Positions 34,701 to 53,329 of a stretch of 64,000 bases of DNA are shown in pieces. Location: assembly GCA_963791355.1 (NCBI GenBank), contig CAWBRO010000002.1, positions 904,873 through 968,872 on the forward strand, given 5' to 3'. Under the pieces are notes generated by a model that saw nothing but the letters and a program-made list of their open reading frames with translations, searched no databases and had not been told where the DNA came from. Source of the DNA: an uncultured beta proteobacterium. Lineage in GTDB: Bacteria; Pseudomonadota; Gammaproteobacteria; Burkholderiales; Casimicrobiaceae. Both the position numbers and the translations under genes were made by a program. Position 1 is the stretch's first letter; each line of letters opens with the position of its first letter.

Positions 34701-35300
34701 GCGCTCGACGAGCTCACGCAGGCGAAGGAGCGCAAGGACTACCTCGACCGCCAGGCGGCCGACCTCACCGAGGCGATGACCACGCTCGAGACGGCGATCC
34801 GCCAGATCGACCGCGAGTCGCGCGACCTCCTGCAGCAGACGTTCGACACCGTCAACGACAATTTCTCGAAGCTCTTTCCCGCGCTGTTCGGCGGCGGCAA
34901 GGCGAAGCTCGTGCTGACCGGCGAGGAGATCCTCGACTCCGGCGTGCAGGTCGTCGCGCAGCCGCCCGGCAAGCGCAACACGTCGATCCACCTGCTGTCC
35001 GGCGGCGAGAAGGCGCTCACCGCGATCTCGCTCGTGTTCGCGCTGTTCCAGATCAACCCGGCGCCGTTCTGCCTGCTCGACGAGGTCGACGCGCCGCTCG
35101 ACGATCCGAACACCGACCGCTTCTGCGCGATGGTGCGCGACATGTCGGCCGAGACGCAGTTCCTGTTCATCTCGCACAACAAGATCACGATGGAGATGGC
35201 GAACCAGCTCGTCGGCATCACGATGCCCGAGCCCGGCGCCTCGCGCGTCGTCGCGGTCGACATCGCCGAAGCGCTGACGCTCGCGGAGAACGCGGCGTAG
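31769..35300 (+). CDS. smc: Chromosome segregation protein SMC
   Basis: [17 protein letters not shown], coiled coils, [18 protein letters not shown]; TTG start; several indels. Confidence 0.95.
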
Positions 35301-35374
35301 CGCTGCGATTAGAGGGGTTATCGAACTCGGTCGCGCTATACTCGCTCGCTATACATGCAGGACACGACGCGACA

Positions 35375-39519
<4,145 letters not shown>

Positions 39520-39523
<4 letters not shown>

Positions 39524-40445
39524 CGCTGAACGAGCTCCGCTACCTCGTCGCGGTCGCGCAGGAGCGCAACTTCGGCCGCGCGGCGCAGAAGTGCTTCGTC
39601 AGCCAGCCGGCGCTGTCGGTGGCGATCCAGAAGCTGGAGGAGGAGCTCGGCACGCTCGTGTTCGAGCGCGGCAAGAACGAGGTCACGATCACGCCCGTCG
39701 GCGAGCGCATCGTCGAGCAGGCGCAGCGCGTGCTCGAGGAGTCCTCGCGCATCCGCGAGATCGCGCAGTCGGGACGCAACCAGCTCACCGGCACGCTGCA
39801 CGCTCGGCGTCATCTACACCGTCGGACCGTACCTGCTGCCCGACCTCATCCCGGCGCTGCACGAGCGCGCGCCGCAGATGCCGCTCGACATCGAGGAGAA
39901 CCTGACCGAGAACCTCGAGGCGGGACTGAAGTCCGGGCGGCTCGATGCCGCGATCGTCGCGCTGCCGTTCGCGCCGCCGGGCGTGGTCACCGAGTTCCTC
40001 TACGAGGAGCCGTTCCAGGTCGTCGTTCCGCTCGACGCACAAGTGGGCGAAGCGCAAGTCGGTGCAGCCCTCGACGAGCTCTCCGGCGAGAACACGATCC
40101 TGCTCAACGTCGGGCACTGCTTCCGCGACCAGGTGCTCGAGTCGTGCCCCGAGCTCAACCAGGCGGACGCCCACGTGCCGCGCACCAACTCGCTCGAGAC
40201 GATCCGCAACATGGTGGCGTCGGGGCTCGGCATCTCGGTGCTGCCGCGCGACGCGCTGACGCCGAAGTATCACAGCCGGCTGGTGGTGCCGGTGCCGTTC
40301 GCGCGGCCCGCGCCCGACGCGCCGCGTCGCGCTCGCGTATCGGCGGAGCTTTCCGCGGCCCGCGGCCATCGCAGCGCTGCGCGAATCGGTCGCCGCTTGC
40401 CGCGGCCCGCAAGTCAAGACAACGGAACGACACGCGGTGTCGTAA
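39520..40445 (+). CDS. oxyR: LysR-type peroxide-sensing regulator
   Basis: [19 protein letters not shown]; redox pair [12 protein letters not shown] (C-x8-C); [12 protein letters not shown]. Confidence 0.88.
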
Positions 40446-40463
40446 CCAAACCAGGAGGAAGGC

Positions 40464-41231
40464 ATGGCAACGGATCTCAAAGGCAAGGTCGTGCTCGTGA
40501 CCGGCGCGTCGACGGGCATCGGCGCGGCGGCCGCGCGCGCGTTCGCCGGCGTCGGCGCGCGGGTGGTCGTCCATTACAACGCGAGCCGGGAGCAGGCGCA
40601 GCAAGTCGTCGAGGACATCAAGGGCGCGGACGGGCTGGCGGTGGCCGTGGGCGGCGACGTCATGTCGGAAGCCGACGTCAAGCGCATCGTCGGCGAATCG
40701 ATGTCCGCGTTCGGCGGGCGCATCGACGTCCTGATCAACAACGCGGGCGGCATGCTCGGGCGCATCAGGATCGAGGACTACACCGTCGAGCACATCAACC
40801 GGGTGCTGAGCCTCAACTGCACGCAGGTCGCGCTGTTCATGCGCGAGGTGGTGCCGGTGATGCGCAAGCAGAAATCGGGGAACATCATCAACGTGACGTC
40901 GATCGCCGCGCGGCACGGCGGCGGCGGCGGGGCGATCCTGTACGCCGGCGCCAAGGGCTTCGTGTCGACGGTGACCCGCGGCTGGGCGAAGGAGCTCGTC
41001 GGCGACAACATCCGCGTCAATGCCGTGTCGCCGGGCGTGATCACCACGCCGTTCCACGACCGGTATTCGACGGCCGAGCAATTGAAGGCGATGCAGGCGA
41101 CGGTGCCGATGAACCGCCTCGGCAGCGCCGACGAGTGCGCGGGAACGTTCCTCTACCTCGCGTCCGACGCGATGTCGGGCTACGTCACCGGGCAGATCAT
41201 CGAGGTCAACGGCGGCCAGCTCATGCCGTGA
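40464..41231 (+). CDS. SDR family oxidoreductase
   Basis: [17 protein letters not shown]; AGGAGG RBS. Confidence 0.92.
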   Translation: MATDLKGKVVLVTGASTGIGAAAARAFAGVGARVVVHYNASREQAQQVVEDIKGADGLAVAVGGDVMSEADVKRIVGESMSAFGGRIDVLINNAGGMLGRIRIEDYTVEHINRVLSLNCTQVALFMREVVPVMRKQKSGNIINVTSIAARHGGGGGAILYAGAKGFVSTVTRGWAKELVGDNIRVNAVSPGVITTPFHDRYSTAEQLKAMQATVPMNRLGSADECAGTFLYLASDAMSGYVTGQIIEVNGGQLMP

Positions 41232-41910
41232 CGAGCGCGGGAAGCTCGGCCAGCGATTGCAGGACGTGACGCGGCGGCGGGCCGTGGCGGTCGACCGGCG
41301 CGCCGGTTCGGTTGATCCAGAACGCGGTGAAGCCGTACGACTGCGCGCCGATCGCGTCCCAGCAGTTCGACGACACGAACGCGATCCGTCGCGCCGGCAT
41401 GCGCAGCCGCTCTTCCGCGAGCGCATAGACGCGTGGCGACGGCTTGTAGACGTCGACGTCGTCGACCGACCACGCGCCGCGCAGCAACGGCGCGAGCCCG
41501 CTCCCTTGCACGAGCGTTCCAAGGCTCGCAGCCGTGCCGTTGGACAGGATCCAGCGCGGCCGCGGCACGAGCGCGGTGAGCGCGGCGCGCGCGTCGGAAA
41601 CGGGGCAAGCGCGAGGTAGGCGGCGCACAGCCGTGCGCTTCGCGTCGCGACCGAGCTTGACGCCGAGCGCGGCGATCGCGTAGTCGAGCGCGCGCGCGGT
41701 GACGTCGTCGAAGTTGCGCCGCGGCCGTCGTGCCGATTGCATCAGCGACGAGAGCCACGTGTACTCGAGCTGCTTGGCGCGCCACAGGCGCGACAGCTCC
41801 GCACCGCGGCCGGGCGCAAGCTCGTCGGCCAGGACGGCAACGGAGTGCACGTCGAACAGGGTGCCGTACGCGTCGAAGACGAATGCGGCGGGCGGTCCGT
41901 GCGATGTCAT
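41221..41910 (-). CDS. Haloacid dehalogenase type II
   Basis: FDAYGTLFD, WRAKQLEY, SNG, YKP, FVSSNCWD. Confidence 0.9.
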   Translation of the reverse strand: MTSHGPPAAFVFDAYGTLFDVHSVAVLADELAPGRGAELSRLWRAKQLEYTWLSSLMQSARRPRRNFDDVTARALDYAIAALGVKLGRDAKRTAVRRLPRACPVSDARAALTALVPRPRWILSNGTAASLGTLVQGSGLAPLLRGAWSVDDVDVYKPSPRVYALAEERLRMPARRIAFVSSNCWDAIGAQSYGFTAFWINRTGAPVDRHGPPPRHVLQSLAELPALVTA

Positions 41911-41942
41911 GGAGTGGCAGTGCGAGGTTCGCGACGACGTAC

Positions 41943-41975
41943 AAAAAAGAGGGGTTACACTTTCGCGTAACCCCT
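41943..41975 (-). terminator. Intrinsic terminator after tRNA-Val
   Basis: AGGGGTTAC / GTAACCCCT stem with a T6 tract on the minus strand. Confidence 0.85.
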
Positions 41976-41985
41976 TGGTTCAGTG

Positions 41986-42060
41986 TGGTGGGCATTGCTG
42001 GGTTCGAACCAGCGACCCCTCCCGTGTGAGGGGAGTGCTCTACCGCTGAGCTAAACGCCC
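41986..42060 (-). tRNA. tRNA-Val (CAC)
   Basis: GGGCGTTTAGCTCAGCGGTAGAGC...CT-CAC-AC...GTTCGAAC...ACCA, 75 nt. Confidence 0.97.
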
Positions 42061-42154
42061 CGCGAACCCAGACAGGAGCCGCGATTTAACCATAGCGGCG
42101 GAAGCAGGGTCAAACCAACCTTCGGCCGATGTCCAACCTTGTCCAGGACAAGAA

Positions 42155-42171
42155 TGCACCCGGAACGTGCG
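42155..42171. promoter_or_regulatory. Putative NtrC-type enhancer site
   Basis: TGCACCCGGAACGTGCG versus consensus TGCACC-N5-TGGTGCA-like 17-mer; ~90 bp upstream of the sigma54 motif. Confidence 0.5.
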
Positions 42172-42256
42172 GCCGTGACCCGGATCGGGGAGGCGTCAAA
42201 TCCGCACCCGAAATAGGGTCGAGTTAAGCCACTGGGCGACAAAGGATTCCGTAAAC

Positions 42257-42272
42257 TGGCGCACCGCTTGCT
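42257..42272 (+). promoter_or_regulatory. Sigma54 (-24/-12) promoter
   Basis: TGGCGC-ACCGC-TTGCT with exact GG-N10-GC spacing, ~30 bp before the ATG at 42302. Confidence 0.78.
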
Positions 42273-42301
42273 ACCATCCCGACGACCGCTCTCACGCCCG
42301 C

Positions 42302-43717
42302 ATGTCCTGCCCACCCGTACGACGAAATGACCGCCCCGGACTCCGGGGTGCGGCCCCATTACCGGGCGTTCGCCGACTGGCTCGAGCGCACGGACGTCTC
42401 CCGCATCGCGCAGAAGCGCGACGAGGCCGAGCGCGCATTCCACCGCGTCGGCATCACGTTCGCGGTGTACGGCGACAACGGCGGCACCGAGCGACTGATC
42501 CCGTTCGACATCGTGCCGCGCATCATTCCGGCGGACGAATGGACGATGCTCGAGCGCGGTCTGAAGCAGCGCGTGCGCGCGCTCAACCTTTTCCTCGCCG
42601 ACGTCTATCACGAGCAGACGGATCCTGAAGGCGGGCGCGATCCCCGCCGAGCGCGTGCTCGGCAACGCGCAGTACCGGCGCGAGATGGCCGGCATGGACG
42701 TGCCGGGCGGCATCTACGCGCACATCGCCGGCGTCGACATCGTGCGCGCGGGCGCGGGCGAGTACTACGTGCTCGAGGACAACCTGCGCGTGCCTTCCGG
42801 CGTGTCGTACATGCTCGAAAACCGCAAGATGATGATGCGGCTCTTTCCCGAGCTCTTCGCGACGCGCTCGATCCGGCCGGTCCAGCACTATCCGGACATG
42901 CTGCTCGAGAATCTGCGCGCGGTGGGCCCGACGCGCGAGGAGAGCCCGACGGTCGCCGTGCTGACGCCGGGCGCCTACAACTCGGCCTACTTCGAGCACG
43001 CGTTCCTCGCCCAGCAGATGGGCGTCGAGCTGGTCGAAGGGCAGGACCTGTTCGTCCAGAACGACATGGTCTACATGCGCACGACGCGCGGGCCGAGCCG
43101 CGTGCACGTCATCTACCGCCGCGTCGACGACGACTTCCTCGACCCGCTCGCGTTCCGAAAAGACTCGATGCTCGGCGTGCCGGGCCTCTTCGCCGCCTAT
43201 CGCGCCGGACGCGTGACGCTCGCCAATGCGATCGGCACCGGCGTGGCCGACGACAAGTCGATCTACCCGTACGTGCCCGACATGATCCGGTACTACCTGT
43301 CGGAGGAGCCGATCCTGAACAACGTGCCGACGTTCATGCTGCTACAAGCCGCAGGAGCGCGACTACGCGCTGGCGCACCTCGCCGATCTCGTGGTCAAGG
43401 AGGTGCACGGCGCAGGCGGCTACGGCATGCTCGTCGGCCCCGCATCGACGACCGAGGAGCGGGCGGCGTTCCGCGACCGCATCCTCGCCACGCCGGAGAA
43501 GTACATCGCGCAGCCGACGCTCGCGCTGTCGACCTGTCCGACGTTCGTCGGCGCGGGCATCGCGCCGCGCCACATCGACCTGCGGCCGTACGTGCTGTCG
43601 GGCGCGGACATCGATCTCGTGCCCGGCGGCCTGACGCGCGTGGCGCTGCGCGAAGGATCGCTCGTGGTCAACTCGTCGCAGGGCGGCGGGACGAAGGACA
43701 CCTGGGTGCTGGCTTAG
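42302..43717 (+). CDS. Circularly permuted type 2 ATP-grasp protein (DUF404/407)
   Basis: [53 protein letters not shown]. Confidence 0.93.
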
Positions 43718-43718
43718 C

Positions 43719-44677
43719 ATGCTCTCCCGCACCGCCAACGAGCTCTACTGGATGGCGCGTCACATCGAGCGCGCCGAGAACACCGCGCGCCTGCTCGACG
43801 TCACCTACCGCACGTCGCTGCTGCCGTACGAGCCGCAGGAGCCCGGACTCGGCTGGGCGGAGCCGTGGGCGGTGCCGCTCATCTCGACCGGCACCGCGAC
43901 GGGGTTCTACGAGGACCATCCGCAGCTGACGGCCGAGAACGTGCTCCGGTTCATGATCCTCGACGCGGGCAACCCGTCGTCGATCTACTGCTGCCTGCGC
44001 GCCGCGCGCGAGTCGGCGCGCAGCGTGCGCGGCGCCATCACCTCCGAGATGTACGAGGACCTGAACAGCGCCTGGATCGAGATGCGCGCGCACGACTTCC
44101 AGCGCCTGCAATCGCACCGGTGTCTCGAATTTCCTCGACTGGGTCAAGATGCGCTCGCACCTCTTCCGCGGCGTGACCTTCGGCACCATGCTGCGCGACG
44201 AGGCGTATCACTTCATCCGCCTCGGCACCCACCTCGAGCGGTCGGACAACACCGCGCGCATCCTCGACACCAAGTACCACATCCTGCTGCCGTCGGCGGC
44301 CGACGTGGGCGGTGCCGTCGACTACTACCAGTGGGCGTCGCTGCTGCAGTCGGTGTCCGGCTTCGAGTCGTATCGCAAGATCTACAGCGACGTCATCTCG
44401 CCGCGTCGCGTGGCCGAGCTCCTCGTGCTGCGCGACGACATGCCGCGCTCGCTGCACAGCTGCTTCAACATGATCGAGGACACGCTCGAGATCCTGTGCG
44501 ACGACAACAGCGCCGAGATCCGGCGGCAGGGCGGCGAGATCCACGCGCGGCTGCACTTCGGCCGCACCGACGACATCATCCGGTTCGGCCTGCACGAGTA
44601 CCTGATGGACTTCCTCCAGCGCGTGTCTCGTCCTGGGCGACGAGATCAGCCAGCACTTCCTGGTGCCGAGTTATTGA
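43719..44677 (+). CDS. Alpha-E domain protein (DUF403)
   Basis: [36 protein letters not shown]. Confidence 0.92.
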
Positions 44678-44693
44678 AAACTTCTGATGGAAA

Positions 44694-44719
44694 CGCACCC
44701 GCGTGGCGGGTGCGCTTTT
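44694..44719 (+). terminator. Hairpin/terminator between alpha-E and Anbu
   Basis: CGCACCCGC-GTG-GCGGGTGCG followed by CTTTT. Confidence 0.6.
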
Positions 44720-44758
44720 GGTCTCGGATAAAATCGCCGTTTCGCATCTGCCCCTGCC

Positions 44759-45494
44759 ATGACTTATTGCGTTGCCATGTCGCTCGACGCCGGGATGATC
44801 TTCGCGTCGGATTCCCGCACCAACGCGGGCGTGGACCAGATCGCGCGCTTCTCCAAGATGCGCGTGTTCGCGCAGGAGGGCGCAGCGCGTGATCGTCACG
44901 CTGTCGTCGGGCAACCTGTCGATCACGCAGAACGCGATCAACGTGCTCGAGCAGCGGGCGCGCAGCAGCGAGAGCCAGCTGAGCCTGTGGAACGCCGAGT
45001 CGATGTTCGACGTGGCGCGGCTGCTCGGCGATTGCGCTGCGCGAGGTGAAGACGCGCGACGGTCCTTACCTCGTGCAGAACAACATCGACGCGCACGCGA
45101 ACTTCATCGTCGGCGGCCAGATCCGCGGCGAGCCGCCGCGGCTGTTCAACGTCTACGGCGAGGGCAACTTCATCGAGGCGACTCCCGACACCTGTTACTT
45201 CCAGATCGGCGAGACCAAGTACGGCAAGCCGATCATCGACCGCGTGATCAAGCGCACGCACGACGCTGCTCGACGCGACCAAGTGCACGATGGTGTCGTT
45301 CGACTCGACGATGCGCTCGAACATCTCGGTCGGGCTGCCGATCGATCTCCTGGTCTACGAGGCCGATTCGCTGCGCATCAAGCTGCAGCGGCGCATCGAG
45401 GAAGTCGGATCCGTACTTCCAGATGGTGCACACGCAATGGGGCGAGGGACTGCGCCGCGTCTTCGCGCAGCTGCCCGACCCCGACTGGACATAA
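44759..45494 (+). CDS. Proteasome-type Ntn protease (Anbu)
   Basis: M-T(1)YCVA...[36 protein letters not shown]. Confidence 0.92.
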
Positions 45495-45501
45495 TGAAAC
45501 G

Positions 45502-45569
45502 ACCCCCACGCTCGCTACGCTCGCTGCCCCCCGAGGGAGCGCATCAGTCGCTTGGGGCGGCCCTGCGCC
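45502..45569. repeat. REP-like element overlapped by a 26-codon ORF (45494-45574)
   Basis: ACCCCCACGCTCGCTACGCTCGCTGCCCCCCGAGGGAGCG...GCTTGGGGCGGCCC; resembles an intergenic repeat I recall from betaproteobacterial genomes (not verified). Confidence 0.6.
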
Positions 45570-45577
45570 ACTGACCC

Positions 45578-48500
45578 ATGGCCATCCGCGTCGCACTGTC
45601 GCACCGCACCACCTACCAGTTCGACCGGCTCGTCAACATCGGTCCGCACGAGATACGCCTGCGCCCGGCGCCGCATTGCCGCACGCCGGTCCTCGGCTAC
45701 TCGCTCAACGTCACGCCCAGCCAGCATTTCCTCAACTGGCAGCAGGACCCGTACGGCAACTGGGTCGCGCGCCTCGTGTTCCCGAGCGCGCCGACAAGCT
45801 CGAGATCGAGGTCGACCTCGTCGCCGATCTGACGGTCATCAATCCGTTCGACTTCTTCGTCGAGGAGTACGCCGAGCACTATCCGTTCACGTACGCGCCG
45901 CGCTCGCCAAGGAGCTGATTCCGTTCCTCGAGACGGCGCCGCTCGGTCCGAAGCTCTCGGCGTGGCTCGACGACTTCCGCGCGACCATCCAGCCCGGCGA
46001 GAACACGACGCTCCTGCTGGTGCGGCTCAATCAGGTCCTGCAACAGCAGGTGCGCTATCTCGTGCGCATGGAGCCCGGGCGTGCAGACGCCGGAGGAGAC
46101 GCTCGCATCGTGCAGCGGTTCCTGCCGCGACTCGGGCTGGCTGCTCGTGCAGATCATGCGTCATCTCGGCATCGCGGCGCGCTTCGCCTCGGGCTACCTC
46201 GTGCAGCTGGTCGCCGACGTCAAGTCGCTCGACGGGCCGTCGGGCACCGACCGCGACTTCACCGATCTGCACGCGTGGGCCGAAGCGTTCGTTCCCGGCG
46301 CGGGATGGATCGGGCTCGACCCGACTTCCGGGCTTCTCGCCGGCGAGGGTCACATCCCGCTTGCCTGCACCGCCGACCCCGGCAACGCTGCGCCGGTGAT
46401 CGGCTACACCGACGTCTGCAACGTCGACTTCGGTTTCTCGATGAGCGTCACGCGCGTGCACGAGGATCCGCGCGTCACGAAGCCTTTCAGCGACGCGCAG
46501 TGGCAGGCCATCGACGCGCTGGGCGAGCAGGTCGACCGCGACCTCGCCGCGCACGACGTGCGACTGACGCAGGGCGGCGAGCCGACGTTCGTGTCCGTCG
46601 ACGACATGGAAGGGCCCGAGTGGAACTACACCGCGCTGTCGCCGAAAAAGCGCGAGCTCGGCGAGAAGCTCCTCAAGCGATTGCGCGCGCGGTTCGCGCC
46701 GCAGGGCTTCGTTCATTTCGGGCAGGGCAAGTGGTATCCGGGCGAGCCGCTGCCGCGCTGGGCGCTCGGAATCATCTGGCGTACCGACGGCGAGCCGATG
46801 TGGCAGCACGACGACCTCATCGCCGACACGACCAAGCCCGGGCGCACGACGCTCGCGAACGCCAAGGCGTACGGCGAGAAGCTGACCGAGGCGCTCGGGT
46901 TGCCGTCGTCGATGCTGCTCACGGCGTACGAGGACGTGCCGCGGCTGATCGACGCGGAAGCCGAGCTGCCCGTCAATGCCGATCCGATGCAGGCGGACCT
47001 GGCGGAGCCCGGCGAGCGTGCGCGACTTGCGCGCCTGCTGCGCGCAGGCGTCGGCGCGCCCGCGGGCTTCGTGCTGCCGCTTCGCGCGGTCGAGACGAAG
47101 CAGGGCCGCGTTGGCTGGCTGTCGAGTCCCTGGCCATTGCGACGCGGGCACCTCTTCGCCGTCGGCGGCGATTCTCCGCTGGGGTTCAGGTTGCCGCTCG
47201 GTTCGCTGCCGGACGTCCTGCCCGAGGAGCAAGAGCCCGAGTTCGCGGTCGACCCGTTCGCGCCGCGCGATGCGCTGCCGAAGCGCGGCGACATTCGCGC
47301 GAAGGAAGGCGGTGTCCGCGGCGACAAGCCGCGCGAGGTGATCAAGACGGCGATGACCCTGCAGGTGCGCGACGGCCACCTGTATGTCTTCATGCCGCCG
47401 ATCGAGCGGCTCGAGGCGTACCTCGCGCTGCTCGCTGCCATCGAGGACACCGCAGTGGCGACGAAGCAGCCGGTCGCGGTCGAGGGATACACGCCGCCGC
47501 GCGATGCGCGCACGCAGGTGCTGAACGTCACGCCCGATCCCGGCGTCATCGAGGTCAACGTGCATCCCGCAGCTTCGTGGCGCGCGCTCATGGCGACGAG
47601 CGAGACGCTCTACGAGGAAGCGCGCCTTGCCGCGCCTGACGACCGAAAAGTTCATGCTCGACGGCCGGCACACCGGCACCGGCGGCGGCAATCACGTGAC
47701 GCTCGGCGGAGCGACGCCGGCCGACAGCCCGCTGCTGCGCCGGCCGGACCTGCTGCAGAGCCTCATCACGTACTGGCAGAACCACCCGTCGCTGTCGTAT
47801 CTCTTCTCCGGCATGTTCGTCGGCCCGACGAGCCAGGCGCCGCGGGTCGACGAGGCGCGCGACGACCGTCTCTACGAGCTCGCCATCGCGTTCCAGCAGC
47901 TCGCGCAGAAATCGCAGGCCGGCAAGGAGACCTTGCAACCGTGGCTCGTCGACCGCCTGCTGCGCCACCTGCTGACCGACCTCACCGGCAACACGCATCG
48001 CACCGAGTTCTCGATCGACAAGCTGTACTCGCCGGATACCCCGACGGGCCGGCTGGGGCTGCTCGAGTTCCGCGCGTTCGAGATGCCGCCGCATTTCCAG
48101 ATGAGCGCGTTGCAGATGGTGCTGCTGCGCGCGCTCGTCGCGCGCTTCTGGCGCGATCCGTACGGCGGCAGTCTCGTCGCGTGGGGAACGGCGTTGCATG
48201 ACCGGTGGCTCCTGCCGCATTACGTCGCCGTCGACATTCGCGATGTCGCGCACGACCTTGCGCGTTCCGGCTATCCGTTCGAGCCGGCGTGGTTCGAGCC
48301 GTTCGTCGAGTTCCGCTTTCCGCGCTACGGCACCGTCACCTACGACGGCGTGACGATGGAGCTGCGCCAGGCGATCGAGCCGTGGCACGTGCTGGGCGAG
48401 GAGGTCTCGCGGCACGGGCACGGCGCGCTACGTCGATTCGTCCATCGAGCGCTTGCAGGTCAAGGTCACCGGCATGATCGGCGGACGGCACGCCGTCACG

Positions 48501-48863
48501 TGCAACGGCCGCATGGTGCCGCTCGCGCCGACCGGCATGCCGGGCGAGTACGTCGCGGGCGTGCGGTACCGGGCGTGGAATCCTCCGTCCGCCTTGCACC
48601 CGACCATCGGCGTCCACGCGCCGCTCACGTTCGACCTCGTCGACACCTGGGCGCAGCGTGCGCTCGGCGGCTGCATGTATCACGTCGCGCACCCGGGCGG
48701 CCGCAACTACGACACGTTCCCGGTCAACGCGAACGAGGCCGAGGCGCGTCGCGTGGCGCGGTTCTGGCCGCACGGCCATACGTCCGGACCCGTGCACGTG
48801 CATCCCGAGCCACCCAATCCGGCCACGCCGGTGACGCTCGACCTGCGCTGGCAGCCCAAGTGA
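45578..48863 (+). CDS. Transglutaminase-like domain fused to DUF2126 putative amidoligase
   Basis: IRLRPAPH; triad GSCRD / DLHAW / GLDPT; [36 protein letters not shown]. Confidence 0.92.
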
Positions 48864-50163
48864 CTTCGCGCGGTCGCGCGATCTTTCGCGGCGCGGCACT
48901 TGTCGGCATCCTCGTACTGCTGGCCGCGCTCGGCGCGTGGATGCTGCAATCCACGATCCCGCGCAGCATCGTCATCGCGACGGGATCGGCCGACACGTTC
49001 GACCACAGCCTGTTCCCGCGGTACCGGCAGATCCTCGCGCGCGATGGCGTGACGCTCGTCGAGCGCAAGACCGGGGGCGCCGTCGAGAATGCGCGGCTCG
49101 TCTCGGATCCCGGGTCCGGCGTCGACGTCGCATTCATGCAGGGGGGCGTGATCAAGGATGCGGGCAACGTCGTGATGCTCGCGTCGCTCTACTACGAGCC
49201 CCTGTGGGTTTTCTACCGGGGGAGCGCGACGCCGTCGCGGCTCGACGAGTTGCGGGGGCGCAGGATCGCCATCGGCGCGAAGGACCAGGGTGTGCATGCG
49301 TTCGTCGAGCCATTGCTTGCGGCCAACGGCGTCACGGCGACCGACAGCGAGCTCGTATCGATCGGCAACCTGGAAGCGCTGCATGCGCTCCAGGCCGGGA
49401 CGGTGGACGCGGCCATGTTCGTCGGCGGCGCCGAGTCACCGGCAGTCGTGGCGGCGCTGCACGACAAGAGTCTCAAGCTCATGAACTTCTCGCGCGCGGA
49501 GGCATACCAGCGGCGTTTCGACCACATCACGAAGCTCACGCTGCCGGCCGGCACCGTCGACTTCGCCCTCGACATTCCGCAGGACGACGTCGCGCTGATC
49601 GCCACCGAAGCGATGCTCGTTTCACGCGACGACCTCCCACCCGCGATCATCACGCTGCTTCACGAAGCGGCGCGCGAGGTGCATTCCGACCAGGGCTATT
49701 TCGAGAAGCCGCGCGAGTTTCCCAACACCGATCCGGTCGACATCCCCGTGTCCGCGTACGCCGACCGCCATCACCGGTTCGGACCAAGCCTCCTGCATCG
49801 CTACCTGCCGTTCTTCTTCGCCACGTTCGTCGAGCGGCTCATCATCCTGCTCGTCCCGCTGATCGTCGTGATCGTGCCGCTCTTCAACCTGCTGCCGCAG
49901 CTCTTGAGGTGGCGCATGCGCTCGCGGATCTACCGCTGGTACGGGGAGCTGTCGCTCCTCGAGCGCGACGTAGCGTCGCGCAGCGGCACGCTTCCGGTGG
50001 ACGAATGGATCGCCACGCTCGATCGCATCGAAGCCGCAGCGGCCCGCGTGAAGACACCGACGAGCTACGCGAGCGAGGCGTACACGCTGCGCGAGCACAT
50101 CGCGCTGGTTCGCCGTAGCATCCTCGACAAGGCGCGCGCGAAGCCGGACGTAGAATTCGCGTC

Positions 50164-50167
<4 letters not shown>
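48860..50167 (+). CDS. TAXI-type solute-binding protein with N-terminal anchor plus C-terminal TM and helical tail
   Basis: [33 protein letters not shown]; [17 protein letters not shown] then RSRIYRWY. Confidence 0.85.

Positions 50168-53325
<3,158 letters not shown>

Positions 53326-53329
<4 letters not shown>

Noticed and set aside
41911-42060. Island at tRNA-Val
   Set aside because: The tRNA is followed directly by its terminator and an ordinary HAD gene
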